A DNA stretch of 64,000 nucleotides from Eledone cirrhosa (GCA_964016885.1 OZ024762.1:16926001-16990000), one strand, 5' to 3'. Positions 1-12,019 are shown, counted from the stretch's first letter. Notes: a model not told the origin generated them from the letters alone. Translations and numbers: made by a program.

Positions 1-362
1 GAACTAATATAGTTCAATACCAGATGTAATATCTACTAAAATGGAGAAATAGTTTAATACCAGATGTAATGTCCATTTAATACCAGATGTAATCTTCAGT
101 AAAATGGAGGACTAAGATAGTTTAATACCAGCTGTGATAATAATTTAATACCAGATATAATGTCCATTTAATACCAGATGTAATCTTCAGTAAAATGGAG
201 GACTAAGATAGTTTAATACCAGCTGTGATAATTTAATACCAGATGTAATGTCCATTTAATACCAGATGTAATCTTCAGTAAAATGGAGGACTAAGATAGT
301 TTAATACCAGCTGTGATAATTTAATACCAGATGTAATGTCCATTTAATACCAGATGTAATCT
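1..362. repeat. Tandem repeat, ~88-91 bp unit containing three TTTAATACCAG sub-repeats
   Basis: AAAATGGAGG recurs at 101, 192 and 280; TTTAATACCAG recurs within each unit. Confidence 0.85.
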
Positions 363-445
363 CTAGTTAGAAAAAATAAGGAAGTCTGTTTTCTCAAGGG
401 AGTCAAACTAAAGAAAACATTGATAAATAAAGAGAAAATATTTTT

Positions 446-760
446 TTGTTGTTGTTTGTGGTGGTGGGGATGGTGGGGATATTGGTGGTGGTGGTAGTGG
501 GGATATTGGTGGTGGTGGTGTTGGTGATGTTGGTGGTGGGGATGGTGGTAGTGGTGGTGGTGGGGATATTGGTGATGGTAGTGGTGGTGGTAGTGGGGAT
601 GGTGGGGATATTGGTGTTGGTGGTGGTATGATAGGCTGGTTGTGGTGATGTTGATGGTGTTGGTGGTGGTGGTGGTGGGGGGGGGGGGGGGGGGGGGGGG
701 GTTGCTGATGGTAGTGGTGGTGGTGGTGATGCTGGTGGTGTTGTTGTTGTTGGTGCCGGT
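446..760. repeat. GGT/GTT low-complexity microsatellite with poly-G run
   Basis: Direct inspection. Confidence 0.9.
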
Positions 761-1482
761 AGTATGCTGGTGTTGTACTATAGACAGGTAGATACCAAAT
801 ATGTATACTGTTATTAAAACCTTCCACCATAATACAGGTCAACCTTATCACACTGAATCTCCCTGAGAACTTCTATAGACACACATGGATGTGAAATGTT
901 CAACCACTTGTATATTAAATGGAACTGATTGCAGTATATACACATACACTCACACACACATACATATACACACATATATATATATATATACACACACACA
1001 TATACACGCACATACACACACACCCACATGTCTGTGGAATACTCAGCCACTTACACATTAATGACATGAACAGGCTGTTGTATTGTTTGAACACATGGTA
1101 CACTCATTGTTAGAAGCAACAGTAGTACAACAACAACAACAATAACCCCCCCCCCCCCAATAAACCCAACAACAACACCATCACCACCATCAAACCACTA
1201 CCACCCACAACATCACCAACACCAACACAACAACAACACCACCGACACCACCAACACAACAACACCGACACCACCAACACAACAACAACACCACCAACAC
1301 CACCACCAACACCCACAACAACAACAACATATCTATTATCACCAATCACATCTGTCTCCTTCTTGTAAAAATTATTATTTCTGTATTAACCAATCAGAAG
1401 CCAGTATTATGGGAAATGTTGTCAATATGTTGAAAAAAGAAAATCTCAGATCAATTTAAAAGGTCAATTTTCCTTCTATAGT

Positions 1483-2093
1483 CTTCCTGTCCTTGTATCA
1501 ACCTATAGGTCAACTTCTCCCCATTAGAGTCCTCCAGTCCTTGTATCAACTTATAGGTCAACTTCCCCCTATTAGAGTCCTCCTGTCCTTGTATGTACTT
1601 ATAGGCCAACTGATCCCTACTAGAGTCCTCCTGTCCTTAGCTCAACTTATAGGTCAACTGATCCCTACTAGAGTCCTCCTGTCCTTAGCTCAACTTATAG
1701 GTCAACTGATCCCTGCTAGAGTCCTCCTGTCCTTAGCTCAACTTATAGGTCAACTGATCCCTGCTAGAGTCCTCCTGTCCTTAGCTTAACTTATAGGTCA
1801 ACTGATCCCTGCTAGAGTCCTCCTGTCCTTAGCTCAACTTATAGGTCAACTGATCCCTGCTAGAGTCCTCCTGTCCTTAGCTCAACTTATAGGTCAACTG
1901 ATCCCTGCTAGAGTCCTCCTGTCCTTATCTCAACTTATAGGTCAACTGATCCCTGCTAGAGTCCTCCTGTCCTTAGCTTAACTTATAGGTCAACTGATCC
2001 TGCTAGAGCCCTCCTGTCCTTAGCTCAACTTATAAGTCAACTGATCCCTGCTAGAGTCTTCCTGTCCTTAGCTCAACTTATAGATCAACTGAT
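1483..2093. repeat. 48-bp tandem repeat, ~12 copies
   Basis: Unit CTAGAGTCCTCCTGTCCTTAGCTCAACTTATAGGTCAACTGATCCCTG; the ORF repeats every 16 aa. Confidence 0.92.
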
Positions 2094-2211
2094 CTCATTC
2101 AATATCAATTTTCAACATAAACACATACAAACACACAAACACTCAACACATACACAGTTACAAACACATACAAACACACACAACCACCACAACACACACA
2201 CATACTTAATA

Positions 2212-2468
2212 AGCTGCCAAGAAAATTGAGAGATCTGGATGGTGTAGACGTGGATGTTTTCTTCAAGAAACATCGTGACACCCTTGCTATCCAGGATCCT
2301 GGATGAACCCACAGCACGGTACGAAGGTAACCCAAGGGCAGCAACAATGAACTCCCTCCTACACCAATGGCCAGCCAACACAGGCTGGAGATAGAACATG
2401 TAGCAACAAGGGCGGTGCCCCAACATGGCCTCAGCCAGATGGTTGGAACAGGTAAAAGAGTAAAAGGG
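2212..2468 (+). mobile_element. 3' remnant of a CR1/L2-like non-LTR retrotransposon
   Basis: Degenerate translation LPRKLRDLDGVDVDVF...LLSRILDEPT...RAATMNSLLHQ resembles LINE ORF2 C-termini; ends in an AAAAGAGTAAAAG tail. Confidence 0.5.
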
Positions 2469-2472
2469 TATC

Positions 2473-2640
2473 CAGGTAAAATACCATTATAACGAATTTT
2501 TCAGTATAACATTTTTTCAATCCCCGAGGTAATAACAAACAAACGCTCGATTTGTTTCGGTCAATCTCGTTAGAAAGAATTTTACGTTACAACAAATTTT
2601 TTTTATACACCTTGAATTTCATTATAACAGAATTTTACTG
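2473..2640. mobile_element. Degenerate pogo/Tigger-like MITE
   Basis: Imperfect TIRs CAGGTAAAATACCATTATAAC / ATTATAACAGAATTTTACTG followed by TA. Confidence 0.5.
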
Positions 2641-2786
2641 TATATATATGTATATATATATGTGTGTGTTTATACATACATACACATATATATATAGTAA
2701 TAATAATAAATTTGAAGACTAAAATCCAAAGTTTCAGAAGATCCCGTTAAGGGTGAAAGCAGTGATTCTTTGCTTAAACTTTAATC

Positions 2787-3508
2787 TGTTATTTTAATAA
2801 ATATATATATATATGTGTGTGTGTGTGTGTTTATACATATATACATATATATATGTAGATAAATCTACCAAAATATACGGTAGTGTCCAATCCGTATGAA
2901 GAACTCAATGTAATCCAGATATAGAAGATATCATGAAAAGAGAAGATACATTCAAAAATTTACGATAAAAGTCATAGGAAAACAGTCAAGATAATTTGTG
3001 TGTGTGTGTGTTTATACATATATATGTGTGTGTGTCTGTTTATATATATATACTAGCCAAATCACCCGCGCCCTGCTGCGTTTCACACATTTTTTTTGAA
3101 AGAAAATGATGATTGATTTTAAATCAGTGATATAATTTACTCAATGTAAAATGTAATGCAAGAAAAAATGGAAAACATTATTCTTTGTAATATATCAAAT
3201 CAAAATTACATTATTAAATCTTATTCTTATTTTGTTTCTTGTAAATAATGTTTTTCAAAATATCAATTCAAAACTTTTGTGAATAGGCATCATATCTTGT
3301 CATTTACCTATGACTTTTATCGTAAATTTTTGAATGCATCTTCTCTTTTCATGATATCTTCTATATCTGGATTATATTGAGTTCTTCATACGGATTGGAC
3401 ACTACCGTATATTTTGGTAGATTTATCTACATATATATATGTATATATGTATAAACACCCACACACCCACACACACACACACACATACATATATTTATTA
3501 AAATAACA
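2787..3508. repeat. Inverted duplication with ~200-bp arms (2787-2993 and 3293-3508)
   Basis: AGATAAATCTACCAAAATATACGGTAGTGTCCAATCCG... is reverse-complemented at ~3307-3430, along with the flanking microsatellite and TGTTATTTTAATAAA. Confidence 0.9.
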
Positions 3509-3703
3509 TTTCATATAAATCAAAGGGAAAACATTTTCAGCATGAGTTTGTGCCCCCAGGGAACCCTTTGATTAAAATTAAATATACTTATCCAAGTACC
3601 CTGGGCAATGTAGTTTCAGAATATATATGGTTATAGGGGTCTATCTCCAAAACCATATAAGGAGTTTGTGAACAAACAAACAGGAATACAACTTTATATA
3701 TAT
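3052..3703 (-). mobile_element. Non-autonomous Helitron-like element
   Basis: Minus-strand 3' end is GC-rich CGCAGCAGGGCGCGGG followed by CTAG|T; minus-strand 5' end is TATATATAAAG...(GTTT)n; the terminal TC is not clearly preserved. Confidence 0.45.
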
Positions 3704-3770
3704 TTCTATATATGTGTGAGTGTGTGTTTATATATATATATTTCTATATATGTGTGTGTGTGTGTGTGTT

Positions 3771-3801
<31 letters not shown>

Positions 3802-3849
3802 TTATATATATATATGTGTGTGTGTGTGTTTATATATATATATTTACAC

Positions 3850-4311
3850 ACACCTCTCCAAGACAATGTCACTGGACCGAGATCTTTGGCGCTACACATT
3901 AATACAAAAGACCCGCCTTGCCTAAGTACAAAGCGAAACCTACAGTCAGTAGGCACCTCTTAACCAAATATACACCCCCATCCCACTACCCCTACTCCAC
4001 CAACACCACCCCTTTCTCTGTAAAGTTATGTTGGTACCACAACATCCAGTCCTAAATAAATGAGGTCGTGTAGGTGTCACGACAAAAAAACACACAGTCC
4101 ACGCTGTAATGTGGCCGTGTAGGTAACACGGTAAAAACCTCCCAGTCCACACTGTAAACGTGGTTGGTGTTAGGAAGGGCATCCAGCCGTAGAAAACCTG
4201 CCAGATAGTCCTATACGACCAAGACGACCAATCTTGCCCCAACTGGGATCATTCCCGTCTAAACCCATGCTAGCGAGGAAGATAGACGTTAAACAATGAT
4301 GATGATGATGA
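3850..4311 (+). mobile_element. RTE ORF C-terminal remnant fused to SINE-type central domain and (GAT)n tail
   Basis: Translates as SKTMSLDRDLWRYTLIQKTR, then GGTTGGTGTTAGGAAGGGCATCCAGC domain and GACGTTAAACAATGATGATG tail. Confidence 0.6.
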
Positions 4312-4505
4312 TCATCATCATCGTTTTACGTCCGTTCTTCCACGCTAGCATGGGTTAGACGGGTTGTCCTGTTGTGGGCAGTGTCTGGTCGGCTGACCAT
4401 GCCTTGCTCATACAGGAACTGATTTGGCTTGATTTCTACAGCTGGATGCCTTTCCTAACACCAACCTCATTTACAGTGAGTGCTGGGTACTTTTTTTCCG
4501 TGGCG
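4312..4505 (-). mobile_element. SINE/RTE-tail element, tail-to-tail with the previous copy
   Basis: Reverse complement of the same tail and central domain. Confidence 0.75.
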
Positions 4506-4839
4506 CCTATATGTGTTTTCAAAGAAACTTATATATACTGTAACAAGATAGGGTGAAGATACAGGGTGGTGTGTGTGTGTGTGTAGGTGGGGGGGGGGGG
4601 TGAAGATACAGGGAGAACAGGCAGGGTGGGGTGGGGGCTTTACCTAATTCTTGGTCCACAGTATGATACAAGTTCTCGAATATTTAATGTAAAATACACA
4701 TGAAAGATTTTTCAAAACTTTTTAACATTTGTTGATAACTGATATTCGAGACTATATAATCTTCCCCTCTTCCCATGGAAAATTCTATTTTTAAAGAATA
4801 TCTTTAAATGTTGCAGCTTGTTAAGACTACTTGTAGCAA

Positions 4840-4990
4840 AGGTGTGGAGATGTAGCGTGGCTAAATGGTTAAGGGGTTTCGTTCGCAATCATGATGTCCA
4901 CGGTTCAATCCCACTGTATGGCATCTTGGGCAAGTGTCATTTGCTATAGCTTCAAGTCGACCCATGCCTGTTGAATAAGATTTGGTAGAG
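4840..4990 (+). mobile_element. tRNA-headed SINE, 5' part
   Basis: A-box-like TGGCTAAATGG, B-box-like GGTTCAATCCC, followed by CTTGGGCAAGTGTC. Confidence 0.6.
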
Positions 4991-5215
4991 TTAACCCTTT
5001 AGTATTTACATTACTCTATATATACTATTGTATTTTCATGGTAAAGGCTTTACCTCACATAATATCTCACATAACATTTACATTGCTCTATATATACTAT
5101 TGTATTTTCATGGTAAAGTCTTTACCTCACATAATATCTCACATAACATTTACATTGCTCTATATATACTATTGTATTTTCACAATAAAGGCTTTACCTC
5201 ACATAACATATACAT

Positions 5216-6169
5216 TTGTACCTTGAGATAAAAAGGACAGATCCTGAACACTATAGATCTTGCCTGCAATCAGACCTGGACACAATGCAGCAATGGATCA
5301 CTGACTGGCAACTCAAGCTAGCTGTGGACAAGTGCACCACCATGCATTTTGGGAGTAAAAACCCAGTGTCCACATACTCCCTCCACAACTCTAATATCAA
5401 GAAGTCTTATTGTGAACATGACCTGGGCATTACTGTCAGCAGCGATTTGCGTTGGACGAAGCACGTCTCTAAAATTGTCAAGAAGGCCGAGAGTGTGTCT
5501 TAGTATCAATCAGCAAGACCTTTGTCAGCTGCTCTCCAGCTATCTATTTAAAGCTGTACATAGCTATGGTGCAGCCACACTTAGAATTTGCATCACCAGT
5601 CTGGAACCCCTATCTTGCTCAGAACATTGACCGCCTGGAAACTGTTCAGAGACGTGCAACCAAGCGAATACCCTCCATCAGGCATCTACCATACTCTGAG
5701 CGCCTTGCTTCCCTGGGCATGGATACATTGAAGCTCCGACGTCTGGCAACTTACTTGGTAAACACCCACAAAATTGTTAACCATGTTGCCAACAACAACC
5801 CTGAGTACCTTTTTGATCTCCATGTGTCTAACACACGTGGGCATGCCCACAAAGTCAGAAAACAGCACAGTTCCCATGACTTTCGGAAACATTTTTTCAC
5901 GCTCAGAGTTGCTGAAGCATGTAACAAACTACCAGCATCAGTTATTAGATGTTGAGACACTGCATCCTTTAAAACCTCCATGCTTCCTGAGATTCGCCTA
6001 CACTACACCTAATATTCCCCCTCCATACACATACACACATGTATATCATGACTCATCCACTATTCACTTCCCTGACATTTGTATATTATTCTATGTTCTA
6101 TACATGCACCTTTGACGAGTTGTAGTGCACCTGAGCACTGTACACAATAATTTCATTATTATTATTATT
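5216..6169 (+). mobile_element. 5'-truncated CR1-clade LINE (RT C-terminal region, 3' UTR and (ATT)n tail), interrupted by a stop codon
   Basis: LQSDLDTMQQW..W.L.LAVDKC..MHFG, DLGITVSSDLRW..HV, PHLEFASPVWNPY, LETVQRRATK, RKHFFTLRV..CNKLP. Confidence 0.9.
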
Positions 6170-6411
6170 ACTCTATATATACTATTGTATTTTCACAGTA
6201 AATGCTTTACCTCACATAATATCTCACAACATTTACATTACTCTATATATACTATTGTATTTTCACAGTAAAGGCTTTACCTCACATAATACCTCACACA
6301 TTACTCTAGATATACTATTGTATTTTCATGGTAAATACTTTATTTCACATAATTACCTCACATGATATTGAATCTGTGAGATTTTGATGTTATTTATTTT
6401 GAGAACAATAC

Positions 6412-7680
6412 AGCTCACAAGAAATGACAGAGCTATGATCCTCTAGATGTGTGGTGTGAACACTGAGGATAATGTCAGCTCAACTGAGCTCCTGAAAAGA
6501 CTCCTGATCAATGACCTTGAGGATGTGGTTCACATGAGTCACATGTGCTGGTAAGGTCATGTTGAGTGTAGCGAGGGCTGGAAGATGCTGGTACGGCCAT
6601 GTTGAGTGTAGCGAGGGCTGGAAGATGCTGGTACGGCCATGTTGAGTATAGCGAGGGCTGGAAGATGCTGGTATGGTCATGTTGAGTGTAGCGAAGGCTG
6701 GAAGATGCTGGTACGGCCATGTTGAGTGTAGCGAGGGCTGGAAGATGCTGGTATGGTCATGTTGAGTGTAGCGAGGGCTGGAAGATGCTGGTATGGTCAT
6801 GTTGAGTGTAGCGAGGGCTGGAAGATGCTGGTATGGTCATGTTGAGTGTAGCGAGGGCTGGAAGATGCTGGTATGGTCATGTTGAGTGTAGCGAGGGCTG
6901 GAAGATGCTGGTATGGTCATGTTGAGTGTAGCGAAGGCTGGAAGATGCTGGTATGGTCATGTTGAGTGTAGCGAGGGCTGGAAGATGCTGGTATGGTCAT
7001 GTTGAGTGTAGAGAGGGCTGGAAGATGCTGGTATGGTCATGTTGAGTGTAGCGAGGGCTGGAAGATGCTGGTATGGTCATGTTGAGTGTAGCGAGGGCTG
7101 GAAGATGCTGGTATGGTCATGTTGAGTGTAGCGAGGGCTGGAAGATGCTGGTATGGTCATGTTGAGTGTAGCGAGGGCTGGAAGATGCTGGTATGGCCAT
7201 GTTGAGTGTAGCGAGGGCTGGAAGATGCTGGTATGGCCATGTTGAGTATAGCGAGGGCTGGAAGATGCTGGTATGGTCATGTTGAGTGTAGCGAAGGCTG
7301 GAAGATGCTGGTACGGCCATGTTGAGTGTAGCAAGGGCTGGAAGATGCTGGTACGGCCATGTTGAGTGTAGCAAGGGCTGGAAGATGCTGGTACGGCCAT
7401 GTTGAGTGTAGCAAGGGCTGGAAGATGCTGGTACGGCCATGTTGAGTGTAGCAAGGGCTGGATCAACATAACGATGAATGTTACTCCAGGAAGACCAAAA
7501 AGGACTTGGATGAAGGATGTCCGTCGGGATCAAGCTAGGCTTGGCCTGGCCCAAGTGAGACCGGTGGACAGAAACATAAGGAGTGGGAGGGACACTAAGG
7601 AGCACTGTCAGGCAGGGCCCACCCCTACTTTGGGATTAATAGTGTCCTGTATAATAAAAAAAATGGATGATGATGATGGT
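6412..7680 (+). mobile_element. RTE LINE 3' remnant containing a 40-bp tandem array (~23 copies, 6545-7460)
   Basis: RNDRAM..MCGV...CWYGHVE...GRPKRTW..DVRRD; unit GTTGAGTGTAGCGAGGGCTGGAAGATGCTGGTATGGTCAT. Confidence 0.8.
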
Positions 7681-7904
7681 GACCCTAACATCAGTATCAG
7701 TGGCCAGCGACCAGTTTCAATAGAAAGAGGTGAGAGAATTCTGGCCGGATATGGCCGGTTTAAGTGCTAAAGGGTTAAGGGGAGACTATTTGAAATCTCA
7801 CAGCCAATGGACTAGACTGGACCGTACAAGTAATTCAAATGACCAGCATTGTTGCATACTGGGTCATACTAAATCTCCCTGAGAATAACATAACGGATAC
7901 TTGT

Positions 7905-8257
7905 ATTTTCCTGGACATGTTGACAGATATAAACAATTTTCCTGGACATGTTGACAGATATAAACAATTTTCCTGGATATGTTGACAAATATAAACAATT
8001 TTCCTGGACAGGTTGATAGATGTAAACAATTTTCCTGGACATGTTGACAAATATAAACAATTTTCATGGACATGTTGACAAGTATAAACAATTTTCATGG
8101 ACATGTTGACAAATATAAACAATTTTCCTGGACATGTTGACAGATATAAACAATTTTCCTGGACATGACAAATATAAACAATTTTCATGGACATGTTGAC
8201 AAGTATAAACAATTTTCATGGATATGTTGACAAGTATAAACAATTTTCCTGGATATG
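7905..8257. repeat. 31-bp tandem repeat, ~11 copies
   Basis: Unit TTTCCTGGACATGTTGACAGATATAAACAAT. Confidence 0.9.
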
Positions 8258-8375
8258 TCGCCATTTCCTAACCACTGCTGGGAAGATACTTCAGCTGACA
8301 CAGTGCTGGTGCCATGATAAAATCCATACAGCAGAGTGTAGGCATTTTTGGGGGGACACTCTATATATACATGAT

Positions 8376-10074
8376 ATCATCATCATCATCATTTTTTTAC
8401 GTCCGCTTTTCCCTGCTTGCAAGGGTGGGACGGGTTTTATTCAGCACAGCATCTCTCCACTTGTCACGGTCCTTCGTCATCTCCACCGTGAGCTTCAGCG
8501 ATCTGAGGTCTGTTCTCACCACCTCCGCCCATGTTTTTTGTGGTCTACCTCTACCACGTCTTCCTTCAACTGGCATTTCCTGGCACCTCTTCACCCATCG
8601 GTCATCCTCCATGCACATCACATGTCCATACCACCTCAGTCTGCTCTCTCACACACATTCATGCTGGGTCGTTCACGCACATTGACATTGCACATCCAAC
8701 GGAGCATGCTTGCCTCATTTCTCTCCAGCCGTCGCATATCCTCTGCAGTTGCTGCCCATGTCTCAGTACCATGCAGCATCACGCTCCTCACACAGGCATC
8801 ATATAACCAGCCTTTCGTATGCAGGGAGAAACCCTTCTTCAGCAGCCGAGGAAGCAGCTCCCTAAACTTCTTCCAACCCGTCCTTATTCTAGATACTATG
8901 GCCTTGAAACACCCCTCTCCCATGCTAATCTGATCTCCTAGGTACTGGAAGCTATCCACCACTTCTATAGCACCCGCCTGCATTTGAAAAATGTTTCTAT
9001 CAATGCGACTTCTACTCTCTAATTTCCCTGTACATCTACCGCATACGTATTTCTCCCTACCTGCTAGTTTGCCTGCTATCCCACTACATCTCTTGTGTAC
9101 CCAGGATCTGCATTGTGTACATTTTATAGAATTTATGCCAGTTCCTTTTCTGCATATCGAACATGGCCATTTCCCTGACGGAATCAGAGTTTTGTCCTCT
9201 TTTCTACTCATCAACACTTTTGTCTGAGCTAGGTTCACTCTCAGTCCTCTTGCTTCCAACTGCTGCTTCCATAGCCAGAATTGATGTACTCCTACTTGTA
9301 TCTGGAATTCCTCCTCACTAAACTCCATTCCTACCCTGACTTTACTGACAGCACCTCTGTACAAAGTTTGCACTGTCCTCACAAGCCATTCCTCAACACC
9401 TAGTTTCCTTAGGGACCACCAGATGACAGATCGAGGTACCCTATCAAAGGCCTTCTCTAGGTCAACAAAGGCTAAATATAGTGGTTTATTTTTCTCTAAG
9501 AACCTCTCTTGTAATTGTCTCACCAAGAAGTGGGCATCTGTTGTACTCTTCCCAGGCACAAAACCAAACTGCATCTCATCTAGTTTGACCCTTTCTCTAA
9601 TTAGTTGTGCTAATATCCCTTCTGCCACTTTCATAACTTGATCCATCAGTTTTATACCCCTATAATTGCTCCTCTCCAGAGCATTCCCTTTACCTTTGTA
9701 GCAATTTATGAGAATACTGCTGCACCAGTCTTTGGGTATGACACCACCATATATAGCCTGATTGATGATGCATGCAACCAGTTTAGTGCCTACGTCCCCT
9801 GATGCCTTCAGCATCTCAGCAACTATCCCTGATGGTCCAGCAGCCTTACCGTTTTTCATTTCCTTAATCGCCTCTTGGACCCTATATTCGTCAATCTCAA
9901 TAGCTGGTCCCTCTGTCGGATCTACTGAGGGTAATTTCTCTCTCTCCCATTCGTTCTCCACATTCATCAGTCTCTCATAATGACATTTCCAGGCCTCCTT
10001 TTTCTGATCATTCGTGACACTAAGTAAACCGGCATCATTCCGGACACATTTATCTCCAACAACATCCTGATTTG
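8376..10074 (-). mobile_element. 5'-truncated RTE-clade LINE; RT ORF 8636-9967 with internal deletion and a PHD-like Cys/His cluster
   Basis: Motifs [60 protein letters not shown]; (GAT)n tail. Confidence 0.93.
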
Positions 10075-10194
10075 CATTAGTTTTATACCCCTATAATTGC
10101 TCCTCTACAATATATATATATATATATATATATATACATTATATCATTTCATTTCATTTCATTTTCATTTCATTTTCATTTCATTTTCATTTCA

Positions 10195-10520
10195 TTTTAT
10201 GTCCGCTTTTTCCCTGCTTGCAAGGGTGGGATGGGAACTGATTCTGGCTTGATTTCTACAGCTGGATGCCCTTCCTAACACCAACCTCATTTACAGTGAG
10301 GGCTGGGTGCTTTTTTGCCATGGCACCTCCACGTCCACTTTGCAGTGGAATGATAGGGACCCCAGTCCCTATCATCTCATTTCTACAGCTGAGTAAACTG
10401 GAGCAATGTGAAATAAAGTGTCTTGCTCAAGGAAACAACACATCACCCGGTCTGAGAATTGAACTCACAACCTTTCGATTGCAAGGCCAATGCTCTAACC
10501 ACTAAGCAATGTGCCTCCTA
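10195..10520 (-). mobile_element. Full-length tRNA-derived SINE with RTE-type tail (family A)
   Basis: Minus-strand head GGAGGCACATTGCTTAGTGGTTAGAGC...GAGTTCAATTC; tail CCCACCCTTGCAAGCAGGGAAAA..GGAC.TAAAATG matches the RTE end at 8376-8435. Confidence 0.85.
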
Positions 10521-10590
10521 TTGGCAACCAGCCCACTCGCCGTAAGGCACCAATCACATTCTTTCTGACTTGACCACTGCCACGTCACAG

Positions 10591-10748
10591 TTCTTAACCA
10601 TTTTGAATTCGTTTCTGGCGGGGATCATTTAAGAAAAATCTTCGTCCAAGTGAGTTTGTTTCCTGATGATTTCGAAGCTCGAGAATTTTTCCTTGATAAG
10701 ATATTCCCAAAAGCGAATGAAACCCTAAGGGGTAGAAATGTAATCCTG
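10591..10748 (+). CDS. Candidate coding exon (LNHFEFVSGGDHLRKIFVQVSLFPDDFEAREFFLDKIFPKANETLRGRNVIL), possibly DUF4062-like
   Basis: CAG acceptor at 10588-10590, open frame, GTATGT donor at 10749; phase-compatible acceptor TTTCTCCATAG ending at 10917. Confidence 0.3.
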
Positions 10749-11039
10749 GTATGTTTATATACATTTTTTCTTCTAACTTTAATTTTATACCTAATTCTGT
10801 ATGGTTGACGATATATTTAATCGATTTCTACGTGCATTTGAAATGCTGGGTAAATATTCTATAGCTGTTGATCGCGAATAGATGGCTGTCGTTTATTTAT
10901 CTATTATTTCTCCATAGGTGCCTTTTAATCTTATAGCCTGGTTTAATTGTTTTTTTGTGTGGTTGATTATGCTAATTGGGAGAGGAAATGGAGTATATAT
11001 CTTATCAAATGATTCTATGGACATAATTTATAGTATATA

Positions 11040-11385
11040 TCATCATCACCGTTTTACGTCCGTTCTTCCACGCTAGCATGGGTTAGACGAGTTGTCCTAT
11101 TGTGGGTAGTGTCTGGTCGGCTGACCATGCCTTGCTCATACAGGAACTGATTTGGCTTGATTTCTACAGCTGGATGCCTTTCCTAACACTAACCTCATTT
11201 ACAGTGAGTGCTGGGTGCTTTTTTGTGGCGCCTACACGTCCACTTTACAGTGTGGGCTGGGTGCTTTTTTGCCGTGGCACCTCCACGACCACCTTGCAGT
11301 GGGGTGTGTGGAGGCATATTGTCTATATGCTTCAGCTTGTACCCATGGGAGGTCGGGTACTCTGTATTACTGCGTGACGCCATGA
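11040..11385 (-). mobile_element. Retroposon with RTE-derived head, SINE central domain and (GAT)n tail
   Basis: Near-identical to 62135-62487; minus-strand head TGGCGTCACGCAGTAATACAG resembles the RTE ORF end (WRHAVIQ). Confidence 0.7.
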
Positions 11386-11723
11386 TCATGTCTCGAGCTA
11401 TCTGCCGGCGAAACAATTGTAACACGCAATAAACTGAGTCCAGATGCATCACTGATTTTTCGTTTTTTTATACTATCCACACTCTACTCTGTATGAATAT
11501 TGAGTGCTAATTTTGGCATACTGCCTGTGGAAGCACAATAGCTACCATTATACACAAGTATATATATATATATATATGTATATACACATATATGTATCTA
11601 TATATCTATACAAACAGCCTTATGAACACCATGTGGTGTATATAAGACTGTTTGCTTCCAGACAAACCGAATATTAATAATATTATATTATTATAATACT
11701 GTTGTTATCCACTCATAAATATA

Positions 11724-11902
11724 TTTAGGTAACCACCATGGTAAGAGTGAAAACAAATTTTGTTTTATATATATATATATATATATATAGTAATAATAAT
11801 AAATTTGAAGACTAAAATCCAAAGAGGGCTCGATAAGGATAAATATATATCAAATATATAAAACAAAATTTGTTTTCACTCTTAGCATGGTGGTTACCTA
11901 AA
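11724..11902. repeat. Inverted repeat with 49-bp arms (one mismatch)
   Basis: TTTAGGTAACCACCATGGTAAGAGTGAAAACAAATTTTGTTTTATATAT at 11724-11772, reverse-complemented at 11854-11902. Confidence 0.85.
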
Positions 11903-12019
11903 AAAAAAATATATATATATATACACATACACCTCATCAAAGGACACATGGAGATATATATATATATATATAAATACCGATGATGGTTGGAAGATCACTG
12001 ATGAAGGACCACTTTATTC

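Larger units (their letters stand above)
4991..7778 (+). mobile_element. piggyBac-like MITE (TTAA-CCCTTT...AAAGGG-TTAA) carrying nested CR1 and RTE insertions
   Basis: TTAACCCTTTAG at 4991 and CTAAAGGGTTAA ending at 7778; the internal pieces match the compact copy at 56359-56575. Confidence 0.7.

Noticed and set aside
677-701. Long poly-G run as a G-quadruplex element
   Set aside because: Homopolymer within low-complexity DNA; its length may be a sequencing artefact
4640-4830. Possible minus-strand exon ending at AG|GTAAAG
   Set aside because: Stops in the candidate frames and no good acceptor
8187-8933. 248-aa plus-strand ORF
   Set aside because: Antisense shadow of the RTE LINE plus the adjacent 31-bp tandem repeat
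10664-10690. CTGATGA motif
   Set aside because: No matching stem II, GAAA or stem I
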